Assembly (NCBI GenBank): GCA_030141605.1 | Contig: JAQGDQ010000370.1 | Location: 166,088-230,087, forward strand | DNA from: Tubiluchus corallicola | Lineage: Eukaryota; Animalia; Priapulida | Direction of reading: 5' to 3' | Length of the DNA: 64,000 bases | Shown: one piece after another, positions 13,201 through 64,000 of the stretch | Layout of the letters: every line of letters starts with the position of its first letter | Numbering within the stretch: the first letter of the stretch is position 1 | Program-made: the position numbers and the translations under genes | Notes under the pieces: model-generated | Told to the model about the DNA's origin: nothing | Databases searched by the model: none | Seen by the model: the letters and a program-made list of their open reading frames with translations, nothing else

Positions 13201-14673
13201 AATCACAAAATGTATAAAAATATATTAAAAATATTAATTCTAACATTAAAAGAATATTATAAATCATAAAAAATTACCATTTACAGTAAGTAATGTATTT
13301 ATTCGGCAAATGAATACACCCCAAAAACGAAATGTAGTACTTGCGCCCGCTTGAGATGCTACTTACCGACGTGAGATTGTACACAACACACGATTGGTTG
13401 ATTGATTAATTTAAGTAAAGTTTTTTAAAAGGTACATGTACAGTATGTGAAAAGTTATTAAGGGAATGAGAAAGGGCTATGTATAAGAGTGTGGGGATGG
13501 TTTATAAAGACTTATAATAATGTATAACTACTAAAATAAGTATAGCGTCTACTTTGCGGAAATTCACTTATCACGGGTAGGCCACGGAACACCCGCGATA
13601 AGTGAGGGAACGCTGTACATTACAGCCATTACATCAGGTATAAAGAATGATCCTTTTGGTAATTTATACTGCAAATGAAATGATGTGATATTCCACCTTC
13701 TCCACTAATTTGAAATAAAATCCCAGGGATATGTTTATCCAGCCTGAGCAGTCTCATTAACATCGTATCGCAAATTGCAGCTGTTAACACACGAGTTGGT
13801 CGAATCCTCGTTCATTGCTCGATTACCTAAAACTTAGAACATTTGAAGTTTTACTTTCATCACTACGATCGCTTAATTAAAACTGAAAAAATATAAGTTA
13901 ATCAGTGTGTAAACAGTCTGACACCGCAAATGCAGCATTCATGCATTTTAGCGAGGGATAAACGAAGAGCTTGCAATTATTGTTAGTTTTCATACTGTAC
14001 TCATACGTTAATCATTACTCATTAATTAACCTAGTCATTATCCAGTTGGTAGCTAGCTTAAACAACTTGGGAACTTTAAACTCTTTAAATACATGTTTTC
14101 TATAAACCCTTTAAATACATGTTTTCTATAAACCCTTTAAATACATGTTTTCTATAAACCCTTTAAGTACATTTTTTCTATAAAACCATTTAAATACATT
14201 TTTTCTATAAACCCTTTAAATACATTTTTTCTATAAACCCTTTAAGTACATGTTTTCTATAAACCATTTAAATACATTTTTTCTATAAACCCTTTAAATA
14301 TATTTTTTCTATAAACCCTTTAAATACATTTTTTCTATAAACCCTTTAAGTACGTGTTTTCTATAAACCATTTAAATACATGTTTTCTATAAACCATTTA
14401 AATACATTTTTTCTATAAACCCTTTAAATACATTTTTTCTATAAACCCTTTAAATACATGTTTTCTATAAACCCTTTCAATACATTTTTTCTATAAACCC
14501 TTTCAATACATGTTTTCTAATGTCTGTGTATCTCGTCAAACGTTTTGGCAATCTTTTTCCGCAAATTTCACAATCATCTTCGTTTGCTTTTCAGTTTGGA
14601 AGGTCGATTTGAAGATGAAAGTCTCCAGCAGTACCTTGACGACATTCAGACTAAGAGGAGCTTTCAGTACTGA
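7480..14673 (+). CDS. POLR2D: RNA polymerase II subunit RPB4 (140 aa, 4 coding exons)
   Basis: Exons 7480-7546, 10496-10676, 11999-12094, 14595-14673, all GT-AG, phases 1/2/2. Protein [43 protein letters not shown]...[52 protein letters not shown]. An acceptor at 7471-7472 implies an upstream non-coding exon. Confidence 0.97.
8088..9270. repeat. 30-bp minisatellite, about 39 copies
   Basis: Unit AATAGCATCAATATTGTGGGTACAATATAC, head-to-tail with no spacers, in a POLR2D intron. Confidence 0.97.
10024..10290. repeat. Compound trinucleotide microsatellite (ACT/GCT, then AAT, then AAC)
   Basis: Directly visible. Confidence 0.95.
10888..11390. mobile_element. hAT (Charlie-like) MITE
   Basis: TIR CAGGGGTGTGCAAATT, perfect 8-bp TSD GTATAGTG (10880-10887, 11391-11398), subterminal GGGCCGCA motifs. 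Confidence 0.92.
13058..13615 (+). mobile_element. Tigger/pogo-like MITE (same family as 55703-56419)
   Basis: TIR CAGTGTTCCCTCRCT. The internal sequence is shared, in inverted orientation, with 55703-56419. Confidence 0.85.
14083..14520. repeat. 26-27-bp minisatellite, about 16-17 copies
   Basis: Unit CTTTAAATACATGTTTTCTATAAACC. It ends about 75 bp before the last POLR2D acceptor. Confidence 0.95.
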
Positions 14674-15913
14674 AGCAAAAATGCTAAAGTTTGATTCCCA
14701 TTGTAACTGTAATGTATTTTAATGCAGGTGGCGCCACTGAAGACTTGTTTGCTTCTCAATTCTGCCAGTAACAATTGCAGTGCAGTAAGAGTAAATGTGT
14801 GTAATTTTGTTTGCATGGGTGTAGCGCCATCTGTAGGTGAAATGTGGGACTCGTTCGAAATGTGTAAATTTTGCAATGATGTCGGCGCGTGCGTGGACTC
14901 GAATCTACTAAGTTTGGAAACATGGTGCCCTCGTGGTTTCTGCTGAAAGAGAAGCAAAGTGTGGTCTAGCTTACACGCGATTTCGACACCATCGTTTGGC
15001 AGACATGGGATTACGATGTCAGCAACATTTCTGAAGAAGTTATGCGTTATTTGTTGCAGATTCGACGTTTTTTAAAGTGGGCCAACTAGTTTATAATAAC
15101 AACATTTTGAATTGTTCGATGCACCAAGCAGGTCCGGAACTAGATGTGGCAAGCAGGGGGGGAGAGGCGCAAAAATTTTCTGGGGGGGGAGGTATCCGAA
15201 GTGGTTAAATAATGGTTAAGCCAATTTTAACCCCTTTTATACTGCATGCAGGCCTATAATTAGCATATGTGTAGGACAGCGTAGCGGACAAAGCAATAAT
15301 GAGAAAATTAACTCTCAGTTAACCTAACGTTATTAATGTGCCTCTAACTAAATTGTTATTTACACAAATTCATCATACACAAGTTTTAAGAAAATAATCC
15401 ACTGAAGCTACCAAACATTCACAATTCTAATTCATATTGAAAATGATTACATGCGAACTGCAATTTTCACTGCAAAAAAATTATTTGTCTGATTTTGCAG
15501 GGGGGGGGGCGCCCCCCCTGGCACCAAGTGACAGTTCCATAGGTGAATTTTCGAAACAGAATGGACTATAGACGGAATAGATTAGAAAAATTACATTTAT
15601 GTCTGCAGAAATGTACAGATTGAGTGTAAATAAACTGTGCTCACACATGATCTGAAAAGCTTGTGTGCTGAATTATTGAATAGTTCTTTGAAATTTTTTG
15701 AATTTTTTTTTTGAAATTTTGGTACCGGATGTGCTCAATTTGGAAATAACTGGTGATGCTTATATTGGTAAAATTTAAGCAAAGTTTATGAATTTTCTTA
15801 TTGTAGTTTGCAAGCTATACGAAGCTACATCGTACACTGTATCTAAACTCGAATTTGAACAAGTATTATCACTCCAGGTTAGGTATGTGATTTGTTAGTG
15901 CACGTGTTCTTAA

Positions 15914-16374
15914 CCCTTTCATACCCGTTGTATCCCATGGGAATACGAGAATATTTTCTGCCTTTAAGATTAATAAAATTTTAAAACTGACAGTTATTTG
16001 ATCTGTTAATAGTTATTTTGATTTAAGCCAATAACAATAGACTAAAAATGGTGATAAAATGGCAAACTAGAAAATTTACATAGCATAAAAAACTGCGCAA
16101 GGTACAGTACTATAGAGACGACTTTGTACTGATCTGCATAGCGTGCATACTAAATGTCTTAAATACTTTAAAAAATTATCAGCAGTTGCAAAATGAAGCA
16201 CATTTTACGCTTCCATTGAATCCCAATGTATTCCGTGGGATACAGGTTATATTTACCACACGGGCACAGGTAGAAAAAAATAATTATTATGTGTAAACAA
16301 GATGGACATACTGAACAAAAGTACCAAGCGAAAAAAAATTTTCTTATTAAAAAAATAATTTGGGACTGAAAGGG
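15914..16374 (+). mobile_element. piggyBac-type MITE, copy 1
   Basis: TTAA|CCCTTTCA ... TGAAAGGG|TTAA. Near-identical copies at 25424 and 48914. Confidence 0.9.
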
Positions 16375-17284
16375 TTAACAGAAAAGACAGTAACTGTTAG
16401 TAATTAAATTGCATTATACTATCAATTTGACCAAGCAACGGCTCAGATTAACAATTTATTCCGTGTGGCTGTATCATTGATCATTGTCCAGTACATTGCA
16501 TTATACTATCAATTTGACCAAGCAAAAGCCCACAGTAACAAGTTATTTCATGTGGCTGTATCATTGACCACTGTCCAGTAAGGCCACCTACATTTACAGT
16601 CAGCATTATTTTTGTTATTCTCATGATACAAATAACATAAAGCAACGAATCATTTTTGTGGTCCCACTGTGGTTAGCAATTAATGAAAAATGAATAATTT
16701 TTTCTACAGTATGGTGATTAATGAATAATTACATCTCAGTCTTTTAAGAACTGCGTATTTCATCTCATTTGGAGTGTTTAAGTAAAACAAAAAAAAACTA
16801 AAACAGATTTTACTTTGCGTTCCATAGTTTTATACTTCGCATTGAAGTCAATTATATATTATAATGTCTAAAACAATATATTACAAAAATATTGTACACT
16901 AAAAGTTAAAGTAACAAAAACATATATATATATATATATGAATCATCACGTAGCATATGTAGAATCTGCTATAAACTAGAAAAGTATCTAAATCATTAAT
17001 TACAAAATCCTTTTACGTGATTTGGCAACACGAGGGGTTACAACAATATAGTAACTTCCTACGGCAAAGTAAGTTTTTAAACAGCCTAATAACTTTTAAT
17101 TTTGATTTTGTAAGTGCAAAAAATAAATGATGTTGAAAAGAGACTGGCTTCCTGACTTCAGTATGTTTACAAAACGGCCGCATCACTTAGAAAAATTGTA
17201 TTTGCAATCTCGTTTCAGTGGACGATTAGATCGATGTGCGCTAGTTATAAAAACGGAATGTATGCTCTTTATCTTACAGAAATG

Positions 17285-17645
17285 CAGGGATGAGAATGAC
17301 AAATTGCAAAAAACTCTGAAACAGGCCGGGGGTTTTGGGGCCACCTAGGCCCCCAATGGGGTTGAAATTGTAATATTGTGACCACAGAGTAAAAACTGTC
17401 TGCAATTGACGCAAATAACTCCGCACAATTGATTCTATATTTTTATACATAGAGATATACACGTGGTTACACTGATGTACGTGATGTAAACAAAGTGACG
17501 GCTTGCCACCTAGCGGTCAGTTTGTGAAATAATGTATTGGCTCCGTAAACATTTTCTCAACGAATTTACGCGATTTATAAAAATGGCACTACTGGTATTC
17601 CAAAAACTCGGAATTCCGCATATCCGCGCAAAATTCTCATCCCTG
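17285..17645 (+). mobile_element. hAT-like MITE (CAGGGATGAGAAT family), internally deleted copy
   Basis: Both TIRs present. Flanks CAGAAATG / CACAAATG. Confidence 0.88.
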
Positions 17646-18481
17646 CACAAATGTATAAGATTTATAGATAAACGCACTTTGCCTGGCAAAAGATAGAGTT
17701 ATGTATTTACTTAACAGGCTAAAAAAGCTGGCAGTGCCTAAAGAGTTATGCTAGTATAACTTTAAAAATGATGAAACCGGACTGTTGTCCTAAACGCACG
17801 ACACCAATAAGTAGCAACAACTCTGCCATCTGTGAGCAAAAATCTGCAGCTACTTGAGGTAACTAATCTCACACACGGGAGTAACTTCATTTGTACGGAC
17901 AAAAATATCACGCAAATCAAAATAGCTAATGAGAAATCTAGCATTTTCCGATTTTCACACGACTAAAATTGCACACATAATTTGACAAAGCAAACAAATA
18001 TATTAAAAACACTATCAACAAAAACGTTTTCTAATAAAACAACAAAAAATATGAGATGAGCTGGAGCTCAGAAGTATGACAATTGCACAGCTGTTTGTTT
18101 AGCGTCGTTTAGCACCAAAGTCGACGGTGTGCGCTATTCTAAGACAGCGTCTCACTCTCGACACAAGTGTGATTACATCTCACCGATACAAAGACTATTA
18201 ACACCTGAAAAGACTAACTACAAAAATGAACATCTCGAATCCCCTAGCAGTTTACATAGAACAGCTGGGATTTGCTCATATTCTCAGACCAAAGCTCTGA
18301 TTGGCTATTTAGGACTGAAACAAATACAGCATTTCAGTTCAAATAAAGAAAACTGGTTATCAAATCTCTCTATCTAGAAGATATAAAAGTGACCTGTATA
18401 AATGTGGAATTGCACTTTCATTTCTATTGCGTCAATTTTGCAACATTTATAACTAGTAAGTCATAATAAGAGACCACCATC

Positions 18482-35191
<16,710 letters not shown>

Positions 35192-36351
35192 GTTTAAAAC
35201 TCTTTCATCTATTTGAACTCAAACGCTACCTGAAACCAGAAACAAAACTGCTCGTCAGCACAAGTATCTGATTTGCAATGAAACACAACACCGAGCCAGG
35301 CACATAAGATTAGAGTTTGCTAAGGCAGCTACCAGTGCAACAAACACAATAGATTCAAGAAAAGCAGATGAAATATGTAAAGGAAGTTAGAGTAGAAACA
35401 GATTTACAAGAATAAACTGCATATAACATTCAACAACCATAGCCACTGAACTAAGCATAAGAGTTTAATCTTTTTGTTAGAATGTGTGTTGATGTCATAA
35501 TATAATACTTAATTTATTTACAGTTGAATGGTCATTGTCTAAAACAGATAGTATAAGCTGACGGTTTTTCTAGTTGTTAAATTTGGTCTCCTTTGCTTCA
35601 GTCTGACGTCAAGGGTGAAACAAAAAGTTCAAGACAGGTGTGTGTGCATATGTTATGCCGCTGATCTATGTATGTACTCCAACAGCGAAGAGAAATAGCT
35701 TATTTATATGAGGTATATATAAGTACCTGCATGGAGATAATAGTGCGAGAAACTATTCAAAGTTGCATCTTTACAGTCGGCGCCATCTAGCAGAGGTATA
35801 GTGAGGAAGCGAAACAAGATCGTCTGTACAAGAAAACATTCAAAAACTTATTAAAACCGCGTGCAGGAACAGATTTATAATTTTAAGTGAAATTATGAAG
35901 GTGTTACATTTATAAAATTCAACATCAATTCAGTTTATCACAAACCAACACATCTGACCCGTACGCCATACCACCATTGACCTTGCTTCCTCACCATACC
36001 ATGACAACTGCCGATAAGCGGCACTTCCACTTGAGAGACAACTTTAAATAGATAACATAAATGGAAAATGCGAGACAGAAAACGTGATAAAACAATTAAT
36101 AGAGGTTAACAAGAGAGACAACTATGGGCAGAAAGCCTACTTATAGGCTTTCATAGTCACTCCAAGAAACTATTCAAACCATACGCAAGAACTAACTGTA
36201 AGAGGTTGTTGTTTTTTCATCGAGTAAAAGACACGTTGAATAGTTTACCAGAGAGTGTTGTCAATACACCAAATTTAAACCTTTTAAGGAGAGATTGGGG
36301 CTTCGAGACAGCTATAGTTTGGGAAGCCAATATTCTTCATGAAAGTTAATT

Positions 36352-37010
36352 TGCGTGCTTGCATAGCAAAATCGCACATAAGTTCGCAATTAATTTTTTC
36401 TAGTTATTCACACAACCTGAATTTGCATTTCATGGGATCATTTTGATACCAAGCTCATCAATCTACGATATATCTAAGCTAAGATACTCCACGTTGAAGT
36501 TGAGGTGCTGGCTACGCACTGAAAAACAATCTTGAGAAAATACCTGTTAGGGTCAGCCATTGTTTTTTGTCGCATTTCCACAAAATGCTTTAGCAACCAT
36601 ACAAATGTTGGTTGCTACGGACTTTGCAAGAGCACATTGAAGTTATGTTTAAATCCAGTAGATGGGTCTTACTGACAAAAATTTGGGCTTGGCAATAGCA
36701 AAAACCCAAAGCAAAATGATTGCTTCCATAAGCTACTATTGGAGTTTGAAAATAGGAGTTTTTACAATTGCAGTACAAGTTTTTAAACAGAAAAGTGGGT
36801 AAGGAGTTATAAAATTAAATTTTTAGTGTTTTTGAACACTTCCTTGATAATCTAATGCTAGAATACAAAAGTCCAATATATTTAGTGTTGGTTTTTATAA
36901 AATACGAAAAACTGACATTCGACCAAATTTTTGGGTCATTCTACTTTGAAGCATCATAATGTAGTTTTAAGTATGTTGACTTATGGATGGTTCTGGTTTG
37001 CAATTACACA
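36352..37010 (+). mobile_element. MITE-like dispersed repeat, copy 2 of 20135-20760
   Basis: Shared blocks such as GTTGAAGTTGAGGTGC and CCCAAAGCAAAATGATTGCTTCCAT. Confidence 0.7.
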
Positions 37011-37321
37011 TATATTAAGCTCAATAAAACGTGTACTAGAATTTATGATACAGGCAACAGCCTGCAGTAAGAATGACGATTATTAATATCTGCTATGCTC
37101 AAATCATTCATACTATAATCAATTCCAGCCGCTTGCTAGAATTTTCTTATTTATTTCATATCAAGAGTATGTCACAGTAACATACATTTTACATACATGT
37201 AGGTACTTCATTGCATAATTTTAGTTCAAGTTAATGGGTATAATGATTGGAATTAGCATCTATTTATGATTACACTACTGCAGCAACTCAAGAAGAACTT
37301 GAGCCTTGAAATTAAAATTAA

Positions 37322-38333
37322 AGGGATATCAATAACACCAATTCTGCCATTTTCGTAATGACTAATGATCTTTTTTCTATTATAATATATATGTACTGCA
37401 AAGAAAGAAAATAAGTGTGGTGACTTATAGGCCTCATAACCTGCTGTTCTAATCCATAACCTATAACATAATTCCAGAAAGAGAAATTCCTTATAATTCT
37501 ACACTTAAATTCAACCAGTCGATTTTTGGTAAATTAAAATCACCAACAACTTCGCGCGCAAGCAAGTTAATAACAATAATTGGATTAATAAACTTTCGTC
37601 TAGAATGGTCTTACCACTTGACGATAATGTTTTTTGACGTACGTGAACGTCATTTTGATTTAGATTTCACTATTACATTATTTCCCAATCACAACAGTAA
37701 GCGGCCATGTAAATCACGGAAAAACACGAGTTAGATTCGGTAACTTTCGATAACGTTCAGTCGTATTCGTCACGTGTTTTCGTGACATGGTGAAGTGTGA
37801 ACTTTTACAGCAGAAGTCTGCGTTGCTGCTCTTGGGCTTGTATTTATTGTATTGTATTGTTCATCCTTTGAAATTTAGGCCTATTATGCATTGTAATAAG
37901 TTTTTACCTCACAGTGGCTTAAGTTAGCGGCCGTAAGCTGTGCCAATGTAATTTTATTACTTTAGTAAATATGTAGTTTTTCTGTTTTACAAAATTCAGC
38001 TAGTGCGCTACAATCAGAGCGAGATGCGTCTTAGTTCATCTGTGGACTTTCAGTATTTAAAAAATTAATAAATGACTTTTAGGCTTCGCAGCAAAGTGCA
38101 ACATGCATGTAGTAGATAGTGAATGGTGAATTTAGAAGCTATCACGATGGCGGTGATTATGATGAATCTATTGAGAGATTAGTAGGAATCTGTTACTATT
38201 GCTATTAAATTATCATAGATAATATTATTAACTTTGATTTATTGTGGTTTCTTGAACTTTCTTTGCAGTACAAACATATAATAGAAAAGAAGATCATTAC
38301 GGAAATGGCAGAATTCGTGTTATTGATATCCCT
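37322..38333. mobile_element. Kolobok-like non-autonomous DNA transposon with about 90-bp TIRs
   Basis: TTAA|AGGGATATCAATAACACCAATTCTGCCATTT... with inverted copy ...AAATGGCAGAATTCGTGTTATTGATATCCCT. The right TSD is degenerate. Confidence 0.65.
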
Positions 38334-38519
38334 GAACTTTAACTTGATATCATGTCAAAATGAAGAAATTTAAAATCACTTTTGTAACTTACCTTCATGG
38401 TGAGTAAACCCTGATTTCCATCTCTTGCACCAATCTCTCATCCACTGAGTAGCTATCCAAAAGCACATCCTGGTCCAGTCATTCGTTGTTGGTTTACTCT
38501 CCTCCTCCTAATATACCGA

Positions 38520-38760
38520 TGGGTATTAAAATTTGAGGTTTCTCCCACGCAGTTCTCAATCAAGTTTATCTTTGAAACTGTTGACATTATTTGTACTCAC
38601 TAATGATTATGGTAATGAGTTCCACAGTATTACTTCGGCTTGTGAAAAACTATACCGATACTTTTCAGTATTCACCCTACGCTTTAACAGTTTTAACACT
38701 GTACCCACGTGTAATGCTTCTATTGAGTGTAAAAAACTGGCTTGCATTGATGTCAGTGAT
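38520..38760 (-). mobile_element. CR1-type LINE 3' remnant
   Basis: ITRG / KLLKRRVNTEKYRYSFS..LWNSLP..NSFKDKL. Confidence 0.65.
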
Positions 38761-39082
38761 TAATTTAAAAGTGACCTGTACAGCTTTATATATAGTTTTA
38801 GAAATTGCAGTGCAGTTGTGGGCCGTGTCACAATGGTAAGGCTTACTGGATATATTTATGCAGTGTCCCAGAATTTTTAGTGATTCCAAGTTTTATGTTC
38901 ATGTTTAATAATTATATGTACTCAACTTTCGTAATATTTGTAGGTTCGCAGAAAATGCAATGAGGACTTTAGTTCTCTTTAGAGATAACAGTCGTATTTT
39001 GTAGTATTTCTAGAGCTAATTTCTTTTTTTATTTCTGCCAGGGTCTTTGCTGAACCTGCTATAGTCATTTGCTGAACGTATT

Positions 39083-63111
<24,029 letters not shown>

Positions 63112-63534
63112 GTATTCGTGCCTCCTGGTTATTAAATAGATTTTTTCAGTTTGAAAGTGTGTGAAGTTTGAGCACCCCTGATAATCTTTTTAATCCGACT
63201 AAAGCTTTAAGGTTTAAAATTACGATATTGAAGATAATAACAAATTCAGAAGTGTTTAAACACAAACACCAAGAAGAACAATTACTATGCTGACCACTCT
63301 CTTCGGATACAGAAAGAGTTGTCATAAATTGATCTGTGGGAAAGGCAGATAGATAAATAAAATCATCTTTACACTCAGATCTCAGTTTGCCGGACAAAGT
63401 GGGGAGATGTCGATCCGAATTTGGCGATTGTCTGTATTTACTAATACTAAGCTAATATAGTAGGTGCCGCGTATTAGATTCACGGTAATCTAGAATCAAT
63501 CGCCTAATTACCTTAAAAACATCTAGTACGGGTC

Positions 63535-63700
63535 ACTCCAATGCAAAAGTATATAAAAACTGTTGGCAATTGACTCAAATAACTCCGCATAATTGACTCT
63601 ATATTTTTGTACATAGAGATATACACGTGGTTACACTGATATAATAATCTAAACAAAGTGATGGCCCGCCATCTAGCGGTAGGCTCGCGAAACAACTGTC
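63535..63700 (+). mobile_element. Internal fragment of the CAGGGATGAGAAT MITE family
   Basis: ATGCAAAAGTATATAAAAACTG..CACGTGGTTACACTGAT..CTAGCGGT, without TIRs. Confidence 0.7.
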
Positions 63701-64000
63701 TGTGTCCATAGGATGCGGAACTTTTAATGGTCCAGATTTTGTCCGATTCTTCTGATATCAGATATCGGAATTGCAGAAATGCAGTTCAAAGCATAACAAG
63801 GAATAATATGAAGCAAAAAATTAATAAAATTCAATGTAGAGCAAAAAATGACATCAAACAAAAGCAACAAAAATCAACTCAAAACAGAAATGCAATTCAA
63901 AGCATAACAAGGCATAACATCAAGCAAAAAATTCAATATAGAGAAAAAAATAATACCAAACAAAAAAAGCAACAAAAATCTACTCAAAGCAAAAATGCAA

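Overview
AT-rich, intron- and transposon-rich genomic DNA of an invertebrate animal. A lophotrochozoan or similar bilaterian is likely, but that is inference from gene content and the 5S-like sequence. Three spliced genes were reconstructed by hand with GT-AG sites and consistent phases: POLR2D/RPB4 (+, 4 coding exons, 7480-14673), a Mn-type cation diffusion facilitator / metal tolerance protein (-, 9-10 coding exons, 35191-18482) and the 5' part of DNA polymerase nu (POLN, +, 12 exons from 39083, running off the right edge). Introns hold hAT, Tc1/mariner-pogo, piggyBac and Kolobok-like MITEs, CR1/L2 fragments, a young 5'-truncated RTE LINE, 5S- and tRNA-headed SINEs, probable solo LTRs and many private minisatellites. 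Most ORF-track entries are repeat artefacts. The two best leads are (1) an intact, orphan Y-box cold-shock-domain exon packaged inside a composite hAT-like MITE with a 6-bp target duplication, and (2) a 9-copy tandem array of the MTP gene's own splice acceptor, each decoy copy leading to a stop codon.
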